Shown here: piece after piece, positions 1 through 9,567 of the stretch
Layout: every line of letters starts with the position of its first letter
Position numbering within the stretch: position 1 is the stretch's first letter
Source of the DNA: Limnochordia bacterium
Lineage (GTDB): Bacteria > Bacillota > Limnochordia > DTU080
Direction: 5' to 3'
DNA: 64,000 nt
NCBI GenBank assembly: GCA_050951545.1
Contig: JBMNJG010000011.1
Span: 160,001-224,000, forward strand
Made by a program: the position numbers and the translations under genes
Notes under the pieces: model-generated
Told to the model about the DNA's origin: nothing
The model's database searches: none
What the model saw: the letters and a program-made list of their open reading frames with translations, nothing else

Positions 1-45
1 AGCGAGTGTTCCAAAGGGCACAACAAGCGGAGGAGTGGAGTCAGA

Positions 46-2241
46 ATGGTTTCGAAGCCTGTTCTGGCGTGGTGGCAGCGGCCCGTACGGATGATGCGGC
101 TAGACTACGGTCCAGATCTGCAGCGTATGAAGGAAGCGGATCTGGCCGCACTGGCGCACAGCAAGAAACATGAATGGCATATCAACTGCGAATGGGTCAT
201 TGCGACGCCGGGTATCGCGCCCGGATTGGGTCACCTTGTGACGTTTGAAACACCACATTTTGAGCACTACCCTGGCCTGGACGGCTGGGATCTGATCCGC
301 AGTTACCTGCCGCATGCCAAACGCGAAGGCATTCATGTCCTCGCCTACACGAACATGCACTGGTTCTCGCATGACTTCGGCCGTGCGCATCGTGACTGGG
401 AGCAGCTCATGGCTGATGGGCGTCCCTATGGAGAGGTGCATCCACTCTATGGCTCAGGCACAACCTTCTGCGTGAACAGTGGTTGGCGCGACTGGGCCTT
501 TGCGCTTATTGAAGAGATAGCCAAGACAGGGCTTGACGGCATCTTCTTGGATGGGCCCGTGATCTATCCGCGGTGCTGCTACTGCCAGAGATGCCGCGCG
601 CTGTTCCAGGAGCGCTATGGTGAGGAGCCACCTACGGTCGAAGACTGGAGCTCAGAGCTGTGGAAGACGTTCATCGATTTCCGCGAGGACTCTATGGCCG
701 ATTTCCTGCGTGATGCGCGAGAGCACTTGCGGAGCATCAACCCTGATGGTGTCATTTTCCTCAACGCAGGAAGCTGGCACAGCGGCAGTTGGCGTGTGGC
801 CAGGAACATCGAAAGGCTGGGTGAGTTCCAGGAGTTCAATGGAGCAGAGCTCTTCTTTCACCCGGGGCCTGGGGCCAACGCACCGATTCCATGGGCGATC
901 ACGGCCAAGCACCTGATGGCAGGCGGTAAGCCAGCCGTGGTTTTCAGCCACCATACGTTGGGTCCGTGGCATTACATTCCCTTGCCGCCGCTCGAGGCTA
1001 AGATGGCAGTGGCCGAAACGGTGGCCTGTGGTGCGAATCCATGGTTTGCTGTCTTCGACTACGCCCTCGACCACAGTCGGGCAGAGGCTGTGGCACCCAT
1101 GAACGAGATCATGGGATTCCTCTCTGACAACGAACCGTACTATACGGCTACGGAGTCCGCTGCCGAAGTGGCCGTTTTCTACTCCAGGCAGTCTGCCACC
1201 TTCTACGCTTCGAATGTTGAGGATCTGTACCAAGATCGGGGCACAGGCCGTGAACAGCATCTGGTGGCTGATGTAGGTACTGGGCGCACGGTCGTGGACT
1301 GGAAGCAACGCAAGCAAATGTCTGATGCCCTCTATGGCAACGAGTTCGCTGGCTGGTGCGTTGCACTAAGTCGCCAGCATATCCCGTTTGATGTGTTGTT
1401 GGATAGTATCTTCACAGCAGAGGTGCTCAGTCGCTACCAGGTGGTGGTGCTTCCGAATGCCGCTTGCCTGAGCGCTGCCCAAATCGAGGCTGTAGAGGCC
1501 TATGTAGCGTCAGGCGGACGCCTGGTCGCCACGTTTGAGACTGGCCGCTACGATGAGCGGGGTGTAGCGCGTCCGGGGGGGAGCCTTGACCATCTGTTGG
1601 GCATTGAGCCCGTACAGGGAGCCTTCGCACCTTCCGTGTCAGAGGAGTATGTGCAGGTGGTTTCGGCTGCCGACACGGCGCCCTACTCACCGGGACGGTT
1701 GCTGCCGCGTCCGCTCTATGCATTGCAGGTCAGGGCAGAGGATGGCCGGGAGATTCCCGTGCGTTTCCTGGAGCCTACTGGCAAGACCTACGCAGCCATC
1801 AAGGAGCTCTCTCCCTTTGCTGCTGAGGTGCGGGGTGAGACAGCGCACGGGCGCGTAGTCTTCTTTCCCCACGCACTCGGGGACAATTACTACCGTTACC
1901 GAATAGCGGAGCATGAGCAATGGATGGCGGCCGCCGTGCGATGGGCCTTTGAGAAGCAGCCGTTAGTTGAAGTAGCAGGCCCACCCACGTTGCAGACCGA
2001 AGTGCGTAGGCAGGATGGACGCTTGCTTGTCCATCTTGTCAATCACACGGGAGACACGCAGCGACCCATGACCTTCTTGGTTCCTGTCACAGGTGTCTCT
2101 GTGGTGGTGAGAGGGGAGAAGGCCCGCCGGGCTCATCTACTAAGGAGTGGGGTCGACATTCAAGCCAGCCCCGCTGGATCAGGTGCTTGGAGCTACGAGA
2201 TACCTTCTGTGGCTGAGTACGATGTGTTGGTACTGGAGTAG
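46..2241 (+). CDS. Glycoside hydrolase-like protein (GHL6/GH42-like TIM barrel plus beta-galactosidase trimerization domain)
   Basis: 731 aa ORF, GGAGGAG RBS; DGIFLDG, CYCxRC and 'IPFDVL...YQVVVLPNAACLS...GGRLVATFETG' trimerization-domain motif. Confidence 0.7.
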   Translation: MVSKPVLAWWQRPVRMMRLDYGPDLQRMKEADLAALAHSKKHEWHINCEWVIATPGIAPGLGHLVTFETPHFEHYPGLDGWDLIRSYLPHAKREGIHVLAYTNMHWFSHDFGRAHRDWEQLMADGRPYGEVHPLYGSGTTFCVNSGWRDWAFALIEEIAKTGLDGIFLDGPVIYPRCCYCQRCRALFQERYGEEPPTVEDWSSELWKTFIDFREDSMADFLRDAREHLRSINPDGVIFLNAGSWHSGSWRVARNIERLGEFQEFNGAELFFHPGPGANAPIPWAITAKHLMAGGKPAVVFSHHTLGPWHYIPLPPLEAKMAVAETVACGANPWFAVFDYALDHSRAEAVAPMNEIMGFLSDNEPYYTATESAAEVAVFYSRQSATFYASNVEDLYQDRGTGREQHLVADVGTGRTVVDWKQRKQMSDALYGNEFAGWCVALSRQHIPFDVLLDSIFTAEVLSRYQVVVLPNAACLSAAQIEAVEAYVASGGRLVATFETGRYDERGVARPGGSLDHLLGIEPVQGAFAPSVSEEYVQVVSAADTAPYSPGRLLPRPLYALQVRAEDGREIPVRFLEPTGKTYAAIKELSPFAAEVRGETAHGRVVFFPHALGDNYYRYRIAEHEQWMAAAVRWAFEKQPLVEVAGPPTLQTEVRRQDGRLLVHLVNHTGDTQRPMTFLVPVTGVSVVVRGEKARRAHLLRSGVDIQASPAGSGAWSYEIPSVAEYDVLVLE

Positions 2242-2340
2242 GCGTGTCGGAGGCCAACGATGCGCAGGAGTAGAGGCAGCTGCGGCAGGTGTTCGCCGTA
2301 GTGCATGTTGTAGGCACTGCGTCAAGGAGGGTGTGCCACT

Positions 2341-4221
2341 GTGCTAACCACTGTGTTGATGTTGGCGTTGGCGCTGTGTGCTGCTGGGGCACCTCAGATG
2401 GTGGACGCCTCAGTAGCGGTGGTGGTTGATCTGGACAGTGAGGGTTCTCTGGTTACGGCAAGCGATTACGCAGGCTATGGGGCCTTACAGATGATGACGC
2501 AACTGGGCGTACCCTTTTCTGTGGAGCCCACGAGCAGTCTTGCTTCTGAGGCCTACCTGGCGCCCTACGACATCGTGCTTTTCCCAGGGCATGACCTGCC
2601 CATACTAGCTCATCATGCGGTCACTGCTTTTGTGGCCGACGGAGGCGTCTTCATCTGTGGGGGTGGCAACGGATCTCCGCCTGAAGCGGGGGTGCAGGTT
2701 TCCACTAGCAGCTCGATGCGGGTTCCCGAGGTTGCTGGGCGTTTCGTGCATCAAGGCGAACATGCTATCGTGAAGGGGATACGCGAGACAGGATTGCCCG
2801 TTCTGATACCACCAGGTACACAGGGGTATGCAGTGATCAACGCCACCGACGATGCGCTTGGTCTTGGTTCAGTCGAGATGGGTGCACAAATCGGCGAGGC
2901 GATCGTTTTGCGTCGGCATGGTCAGGGGTGGTTTGTCACCTTCGGGATGAACCCGTTTGCCACTGCAGGCTATGGAATGGGCATGGCTACCGATCCCGAT
3001 GAGCAGCACTATGCGTTCCCCACTGCACCGAAAGAGTTCCACAAGGCCTTTAACTGGGAGACGGCACGTTCCATCAAGGCGGCTTTCGTGACGGAGAAGA
3101 TGCCCAACCTCATTTGGGGTGATGAGTATGGCAACCTCCTTCTGCGGACTCTGCTCTGGTGCTATGAACAGCGATCGCTACCCGTGGCGTGGTCGTGGTA
3201 CTGGCCGTACCTCAAAGACTACGCGGCTTCTATCCAGCACGACTGGGACGGTGGCAAGCTCGCCGACGCCGTCGAATTTCGGGAGTGGGAACAGGCGCGA
3301 GGCGTGCGCTCTGCTCTCTATGTGCTGTTACCAGATCGGCCCTCGCCAGCAGAGATCAACCGCTGGTGGCAGGGCGGTTGGGAGATCGCTTTGCATACAG
3401 ATAAGGACCCTGCAGAAAGGGACTTTGAGAGCAAGATGACAGCGGATATAGAGACGCTGGTCCGCACCACACAGGTGCCCAGAGAAGACATCAAAGGTGT
3501 GGCTCATCATTACCTGCGTTTCTACAAAGATGCCGCCCTGTGGTGGAACCGCTTGGGATTCGAGTATGATAGCAGCTGGTATGACATGGACTGGAAGCAG
3601 ATCTTTTTCACAGGCACATCTCGCCCCTTCTTCGTGAAGTACGGTCGGCAGATACTGCCTGTGCTTGAGCTACCTAGTCGGAATGAAGATGGCGTCATGA
3701 TGGCCAATAATCGTGCGTACTACCTAGGCACGAGCGACCTGCCCACAGCCAAGCAGCGGTTTGCGGCATACGTCGACGCTGTGGCTCGTGTGCATGGGCA
3801 CGCATCATGGAATGGGCACCCCTCACACCGCCATGACGCTCTGCATGGCATAGAGATGATTGACTTTTACGTGAGCTACACCAAGGATCGCAGTGGCCCT
3901 GGTATCCCAGAAGCTTGGTTTGCTCGGCCGATTGATGTAGCCCGTTGGTATAGAGGTCGCTCTGGGCTACGCATCACCTCGGATTGGGACGGTCAGGTCT
4001 TGACGCTCAACCTATCTGCTGGCGATGTCACAAATCCCTTGCCCCTGCAGGGATACTCTCTGTTGGTCAGTGCGGCGGCTGGTGATCACCACGTCGCCCA
4101 GGCAACTGTGGATGGTCAGCCAGTGCAGACGGTGTCAGTCTTTCAGTACGATGGGTGCTACGAGGCGATTGTCTTCGACGTGACAGGGGAGCATCAGATC
4201 CAGGTGACATATCGACCTTAG
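2341..4221 (+). CDS. Secreted protein with GATase-like N-domain and polysaccharide deacetylase (NodB-like) domain
   Basis: AAGGAGG RBS + GTG; signal peptide; QHDWD, WEIALH, HHYLR, FEYDSS and NGHP deacetylase-like motifs. Confidence 0.6.
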   Translation: MLTTVLMLALALCAAGAPQMVDASVAVVVDLDSEGSLVTASDYAGYGALQMMTQLGVPFSVEPTSSLASEAYLAPYDIVLFPGHDLPILAHHAVTAFVADGGVFICGGGNGSPPEAGVQVSTSSSMRVPEVAGRFVHQGEHAIVKGIRETGLPVLIPPGTQGYAVINATDDALGLGSVEMGAQIGEAIVLRRHGQGWFVTFGMNPFATAGYGMGMATDPDEQHYAFPTAPKEFHKAFNWETARSIKAAFVTEKMPNLIWGDEYGNLLLRTLLWCYEQRSLPVAWSWYWPYLKDYAASIQHDWDGGKLADAVEFREWEQARGVRSALYVLLPDRPSPAEINRWWQGGWEIALHTDKDPAERDFESKMTADIETLVRTTQVPREDIKGVAHHYLRFYKDAALWWNRLGFEYDSSWYDMDWKQIFFTGTSRPFFVKYGRQILPVLELPSRNEDGVMMANNRAYYLGTSDLPTAKQRFAAYVDAVARVHGHASWNGHPSHRHDALHGIEMIDFYVSYTKDRSGPGIPEAWFARPIDVARWYRGRSGLRITSDWDGQVLTLNLSAGDVTNPLPLQGYSLLVSAAAGDHHVAQATVDGQPVQTVSVFQYDGCYEAIVFDVTGEHQIQVTYRP

Positions 4222-4301
4222 GCAGCAGGTATTTCACGACGAAAGAGATAAGACAGAGACGTACTGCTTCGCATATTCCCGATCGGGAGGCCTCTTGTTT
4301 G

Positions 4302-6092
4302 ATGATTCGTTTGCTTAGGGAAGCACTGGAGGACAGTCGGCTCGTGCAGTCTTTCTCGGGTGTGCGCACCGTCTTTGGCCTGGGGCCAGACATCTCACCC
4401 GAGTTGACGGCGCTAAGCGGAGCCTATGCTTACTGTTACGCTGCGCATCTTCCTCATAACGGGGAGATCACCCTGTTGCTGGGCCGCGATCCCCGTCCGA
4501 CAGGAGAGAGCGTGGCTCGAGCGCTGAGCTGTGGATTTGTGGCAGGTGCCAGGAAGGCAGGCTATCGGCTTACGTTGATTGATCTGGGTATCATCACCAC
4601 GCCTCTCGCCGAGACAGCTGTGCGAGCACTCGCTGTTGACGGAGGGGTGATCATCACGGCTAGCCACAATCCGATCGCTGATAACGGTTTCAAGTTTCTC
4701 ACGGGCTGTGGTCCCTCAATCAATGGCTCCGCGCCACCTGGGGCGCTGCTATCTGCCTCTGGCATGAGTCGTGTGATCGACGCTGTGCGCGAGTTAGCCC
4801 GTGGGGATGGCCAGCTGTGGCAAGAGCACATGGAACAGGCGAGCGTCCAGGCTGTCGAAGCTAGTCTCAAGGTCGTCAACAATGAGACCGCGCGGGTCAA
4901 GGTGGAACGAGCCTATCTAGACATGATGGGTGCAGATTGGGGTCTGGCCCCTCACTGCCTCAAACCGCTGACCCTCGGACCAGTGCTGGTGGACCCCAAC
5001 GGCGGGGCTGGCTGTGGTATCGGCGCCCGCGTCCTCGAGCACTTCGGGGTGCGGGCAATTGAAGTTAACGCTGAAGTTGGGTACCCTGAGCATGGTATCG
5101 ATACGGACGGCATCGATCCAGCAAGTGGACGTCACATGCTGTTGCGGGTCAGTCGGGCGGCGGCTCGGCAGGGCTGCCATTTCGGTGTGGCGTTTGATTA
5201 CGATGCGGATCGGGGCAATCTGGTGCTACCAGGATACGACGAAGGTGCCATCATAGAACCGCAACGCGTCGCGGCCTTCAATGTGGCTCTCGTGTTGTCT
5301 CGACGCAGTCTCGAGAAGAAGCAGGGCTGTGCAAGGGGCCCGTTGGCGATTGTCGCCTCCGACGCTACATCGCTGGCCACGCATCGGGTGGCTAGAGCCT
5401 TTGGGGCTGAGGTCTTTGTGGTCGAGACTGGTGAGATCAACGTCGTGTCCAAGATGTATGCGCTGCGCGAAGCGGGCTACGATGTCCCAGTGGGTGTAGA
5501 GGGAGCCAATGGTGGTACCATCTTCGAAAGTGCCACGTGTCGCGATGGACTCCAGGTTGCCTTATCTGCGGCGCAAGCAGAGTCTGTACCTGACATCGTG
5601 ACTGAATGGCTAACGGCTCGCAGGCATATCGCAGACGACACGCCCTCCGTACCCACCCAGCCTGGTTCGGTGTTACCTGCTCTTCTGGCTTCGATCCCGG
5701 TAAACCACAACGTGGCCCTCAAGCTCACGGCGCCTGCGTTGCCGCAAGGGGAGTTCAAACGAGGTCTAGAAGCATGCTTCGTGAAGATGGCCTGGCCTGT
5801 TCTGGAGTCACACTTCGATAGCTATGAATTTCAGAATTTCGAGGGTTTGCACATGGTACCAGAGCGCACCGGTGATGAGAGCGGTGCTTGGCGGGTCTAC
5901 CTACAGGCAGTAGACAGAGACGCTTTCGTATTCGTGCGTGGATCGCGCACAGAGGCCGGTGTCTGGCGCATGATCATTGATGCCGAAGATGCGGGTGATT
6001 TCGCTGCCTTGGAGCCAGCTGCTCGCGCGATGTTTGCGGCTGCAGGTGCGATAGGTCAAGCTGATGCTGGTGTGGGGAAGTCGGTCAGCTGA
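4302..6092 (+). CDS. Phosphohexomutase (PGM/PMM/GlmM family)
   Basis: GRDPR, ITASHNP (catalytic Ser), DYDADR metal loop, RGSRTE; start moved to ATG 4302 after GGGAGG. Confidence 0.85.
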   Translation: MIRLLREALEDSRLVQSFSGVRTVFGLGPDISPELTALSGAYAYCYAAHLPHNGEITLLLGRDPRPTGESVARALSCGFVAGARKAGYRLTLIDLGIITTPLAETAVRALAVDGGVIITASHNPIADNGFKFLTGCGPSINGSAPPGALLSASGMSRVIDAVRELARGDGQLWQEHMEQASVQAVEASLKVVNNETARVKVERAYLDMMGADWGLAPHCLKPLTLGPVLVDPNGGAGCGIGARVLEHFGVRAIEVNAEVGYPEHGIDTDGIDPASGRHMLLRVSRAAARQGCHFGVAFDYDADRGNLVLPGYDEGAIIEPQRVAAFNVALVLSRRSLEKKQGCARGPLAIVASDATSLATHRVARAFGAEVFVVETGEINVVSKMYALREAGYDVPVGVEGANGGTIFESATCRDGLQVALSAAQAESVPDIVTEWLTARRHIADDTPSVPTQPGSVLPALLASIPVNHNVALKLTAPALPQGEFKRGLEACFVKMAWPVLESHFDSYEFQNFEGLHMVPERTGDESGAWRVYLQAVDRDAFVFVRGSRTEAGVWRMIIDAEDAGDFAALEPAARAMFAAAGAIGQADAGVGKSVS

Positions 6093-6143
6093 GTTAGGAC
6101 TAAGGGCACTTACCTCTGATGGAGCATGAGGATTTTCTAGGGA

Positions 6144-6236
6144 GCCGCCCGCGCATGGGCGCCCGACCCTACGGGCGGCGGCCCGCCACGAGTTGTGAGA
6201 ATGAGGGGCGCCCATGTCGATGCCGCAGCGTAGAAG
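6144..6236 (+). repeat. Dispersed structured leader element, copy 1
   Basis: Aligns to 50939-51016 (21/25 and 31/36 nt identical blocks); CATGGGCGCCC (6154-6164)/GGGCGCCCATG (6206-6216) inverted repeat. Confidence 0.7.
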
Positions 6237-6261
6237 GATTTCCGAAGGAGGTTTTTGTGAG

Positions 6262-7302
6262 ATGTCCGAGATGCGCAAGGCAAGGTTAGCTTTCATCGGA
6301 TGTGGTGGGTTCGCGACTGCTTCCATATTTCCCAATCTTCATCGGATTCCAGAGATCGATCTGGCTGCTGTATGTGACATTGATCGCAGCAAGGCGGAAC
6401 GCAATGCACGGAATTTTGGGGCGCGCAGTGTGTACACGGATTTGGAGGAGATGCTCGACAAAGAGAAGCTGGACGGCGTCTTCGTCATCGGTCCGGCTCC
6501 GCAGCAGTACCGGTTAGCCCCACATGTGATACGGCGCGGCATTCCTGTCTACGTAGAGAAACCCTCAGCCAACACGGCAGCAGAGGCCAAGGAACTAGCT
6601 GAGTTGGCCGATGCTCATGGGGTCTGGGGCCAGGTCGGCTTCATGAAACGTTTTGCTGGCGTCTACACGATGGCCAAGGAGATCGTCAGCAGAGAGACGT
6701 TTGGTCCTTTGCATATGGTGAAGGCGAAGTTCGCCCAAGGGCCGTACCCGCAGATCTGGGGCATGGACTCTCCTCACCGATCAATGCTCGTGGGCCAACT
6801 GTGCCATGTTTTCGACCTGATCCGGTTTTTTGGCGGTGACGTAAAGACCGTCCAGGCTCTATTCCATGGGGTGACACCAACGCAGTTTGCCTACTTGGTC
6901 AACATGAGATTCGAGTCTGGAGCTGTGGGGCAGCTCGATCTGAACGGCCTGGAGTGCCAGCAGGGATTCCGTGACATCATAGAAATCCTTCAGTTGGTGG
7001 GGCTGGGTACCCATGTCATGTGTGAAGACATGCTCTACTTGAAGTGGCAGGATCGCGAGGATTTTGCTCAAGCGATTCCATATACGGGACGATATGTGCA
7101 TACGTTTAGACCTACTGCAAGCACTGCCGGAGCTGGCCGAAGAATGCTCGGGTATGAACTGGAAGTCGCACATTTTGCGCGCCGCTGCCTCGGATTGGTT
7201 GAGGGTGGTCCTGACCTCTGGGATAGCTACAGATCACTTCAGATCGGTGAAGCGATATATGCCAGTGCACATGAGAACCGCATTGTGGAGATCGAGCAGT
7301 AG
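6262..7302 (+). CDS. Gfo/Idh/MocA family oxidoreductase
   Basis: FIGCGGFA Rossmann motif, YVEKP, QVGFMKRF; AAGGAGG RBS before ATG 6262. Confidence 0.9.
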   Translation: MSEMRKARLAFIGCGGFATASIFPNLHRIPEIDLAAVCDIDRSKAERNARNFGARSVYTDLEEMLDKEKLDGVFVIGPAPQQYRLAPHVIRRGIPVYVEKPSANTAAEAKELAELADAHGVWGQVGFMKRFAGVYTMAKEIVSRETFGPLHMVKAKFAQGPYPQIWGMDSPHRSMLVGQLCHVFDLIRFFGGDVKTVQALFHGVTPTQFAYLVNMRFESGAVGQLDLNGLECQQGFRDIIEILQLVGLGTHVMCEDMLYLKWQDREDFAQAIPYTGRYVHTFRPTASTAGAGRRMLGYELEVAHFARRCLGLVEGGPDLWDSYRSLQIGEAIYASAHENRIVEIEQ

Positions 7303-7371
7303 GGGATGGCAGGAGCTGTTCTTTGCAGAGACCTAACGCTAGAGGCCCAATGGAAGTAGACGAAGGAGGCG

Positions 7372-8238
7372 ATGCCTCGGATGATTCCTAGACGTGAACT
7401 AGGTAAGACTGGCGAAATGCTCTCGATTGTAGGCTTCGGAGGGATCATGGTCTCAGGCACGACGCCCGATGAGGCAGCGTCCCTAGTGTCGATGGCTTTT
7501 GAGCGGGGGGTCAACTACTTCGATGTAGCACCCAGTTACGGCAATGCTGAGGAGATGCTCGGCCCAGCCATCGAACCCTATCGAGACCGGATTTTCCTGG
7601 CCTGCAAGACCCTTGAGCGCACCCGAGACAAGGCGCAGGCTGAGTTGGAGAGGTCGCTGCAGCGCTTGCGTACCGATCACATTGATCTGTACCAGTTACA
7701 TGCCATGAATACGGATGACGATATTGAGACAGCTCTCGGACCCGGAGGCGTTGCAGAGACTTTGCTGGCGGCTCGCGAAAAAGGGCTCGTCCGTTATGTG
7801 GGTTTTTCCACTCACGCAGTGGATGCCGCCTTGCGTCTTCTCGATGCGTTCGATTTCGACAGCGTCTTGTTTCCTCTCAACTGGTTGGCTGCGACAAAAG
7901 GGAAGTTCGGTCCTCAGATACTTCAGCGCGCAGCTGAGAAAGGCGTGGGGCGGCTTATTCTAAAAGCGATGGCCAGGCAGCGCTATGCGCCAGGTGTAGG
8001 GCGCCGTTACGCGAAGTGTTGGTACGAGCCAGCCGACGATCCGGAGGAGGCGAAGCTGGCCCTGCGCTACACGCTCTCTCAGGACGTCACCGCAGCACTG
8101 CCACCAGGCGAGCAATGCTTCTTTCCGTGGGCTCTAGAGGTTGCTGAGGATTTCCAACCGCTCTCGACGGAGGAGTTTGCCACTCTACAGATGAAGGCGA
8201 CTGACTGGCTTCCTGTTTTTACCCATGATACGCAGTAG
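7372..8238 (+). CDS. Aldo/keto reductase
   Basis: LGKTG..LSIVGFGG, NYFDVAPSYGNAE, LRTDHIDLYQLH. Confidence 0.92.
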   Translation: MPRMIPRRELGKTGEMLSIVGFGGIMVSGTTPDEAASLVSMAFERGVNYFDVAPSYGNAEEMLGPAIEPYRDRIFLACKTLERTRDKAQAELERSLQRLRTDHIDLYQLHAMNTDDDIETALGPGGVAETLLAAREKGLVRYVGFSTHAVDAALRLLDAFDFDSVLFPLNWLAATKGKFGPQILQRAAEKGVGRLILKAMARQRYAPGVGRRYAKCWYEPADDPEEAKLALRYTLSQDVTAALPPGEQCFFPWALEVAEDFQPLSTEEFATLQMKATDWLPVFTHDTQ

Positions 8239-8291
8239 AGAGGTCTAGACGGCCGGGGAGAACCCTTGCACAACAGCGAAAGGGGAAAGGC

Positions 8292-9476
8292 ATGCCAGAG
8301 GCGGTCGGATGCAACAAGCCGATGCGTCTGCACCCAGGTGCAGCCGTTGATTCTCGGGGTCGCCTGTACGCGAGCCTGCCAGGCAAGGATGCGCGATCCG
8401 CGTTTCGGCGAGATCGCGACCGCATTCTGCACTCGACTGCGTTCCGGCGTCTGCACTACAAGACGCAGGTGTTTGTCTTTCACGAAGGTGACTTCTTCAA
8501 GACGCGACTGACGCATTCGCTCGAGGTTGCCCAGATTTCCCAGACCTTGGCAGGTATGCTCGGCGCGAATGAGGAGCTCGCGGAGGCTATCGCTCTCGCC
8601 CACGATGTGGGGCACCCGCCCTTCGGACATGCGGGCGAAGAGGCACTGGGTGCCATTCTTGCCCAGCATGGCATGAGCTTTGAGCACAACGGACAAGCCT
8701 TACGGATTGTGGACGAGCTGGAAGAGCGCTATCCTGAGCATCCTGGGCTCAACTTGACCTGGGAGACGCGGGAGGGCATCGCTCGGCATAGCACCTTCTT
8801 TGATTCACCGCAGCCGCCCGAGATGTTCTGCGAGTATGTACAAGGGGGGCTCGAATGCCAGATCGCTAGTGCTGCAGATGTCATCGCATACTGTACGCAT
8901 GATCTCGAGGACGCTCTGAAAATGCGCCTGATCCGCCAGGAGGATTTGGCAGATGTGCTGCTCTGGCAACGAGGGCGGGAATACCGATGCGGTGATGTGC
9001 ATCGCTTGTCTCCTATGTCGCATATCGCGGCAAGCATTCGGGTGCATTTTACGATTCGGAACATGATTGAGTTGCTTATTCGGGATGTTGTCGCTAGCTC
9101 CCAGGCTCGCTTGGAGGAGCTCAAAGTGCATCACGCGGATGACGTACGGCGGGCAGACGCACCAGTTGTGTGTTTTTCTGAAACAACTCACCATCACCTG
9201 GAGGCGCTTAAGGATTACCTCTACGAGCGCGTCTACAAAGACCCTCGTACGCTACGCATGGCCCACAAGGGTCAGATGGTCATCGAACGTCTTTTCGGAG
9301 TATTCTACGAGAAGCCGGAATTGCTACCGCAGGCGACAGCCGAACGTCTACGGGCATCAGGCGACAAGGCGCGTGTGATCGCAGACCATATTGCTGGCAT
9401 GACCGATCGTTACGCAATGGACCTATACAACACTTTGTTTGAGCCGTACACTCCCGGCTTGCACCTGATGGGCTGA
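8292..9476 (+). CDS. dgt: dGTP triphosphohydrolase (HD family)
   Basis: RDRDRILHSTAFRRLHYKTQV, RLTHSLEV, AHDVGHPPFGHAGE, DHIAGMTDRYA. Confidence 0.93.
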   Translation: MPEAVGCNKPMRLHPGAAVDSRGRLYASLPGKDARSAFRRDRDRILHSTAFRRLHYKTQVFVFHEGDFFKTRLTHSLEVAQISQTLAGMLGANEELAEAIALAHDVGHPPFGHAGEEALGAILAQHGMSFEHNGQALRIVDELEERYPEHPGLNLTWETREGIARHSTFFDSPQPPEMFCEYVQGGLECQIASAADVIAYCTHDLEDALKMRLIRQEDLADVLLWQRGREYRCGDVHRLSPMSHIAASIRVHFTIRNMIELLIRDVVASSQARLEELKVHHADDVRRADAPVVCFSETTHHHLEALKDYLYERVYKDPRTLRMAHKGQMVIERLFGVFYEKPELLPQATAERLRASGDKARVIADHIAGMTDRYAMDLYNTLFEPYTPGLHLMG

Positions 9477-9496
9477 CCTGGCACTGGGCGTAGGGG

Positions 9497-9525
9497 TTGA
9501 CCGAACTGATGTACCTCCATATAAT
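9497..9525 (+). promoter_or_regulatory. Sigma70/SigA promoter
   Basis: TTGACC-17 nt-TATAAT upstream of the solute-binding protein; followed by TGAAACG (possible LacI half-site). Confidence 0.8.
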
Positions 9526-9567
9526 TGAAACGATGGTAAGAACACTCGGATTTTAGGAGGACCGCAC

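Noticed and set aside
8292-9476. Antiphage dGTPase
   Set aside because: Short housekeeping-type Dgt in a non-defence neighbourhood
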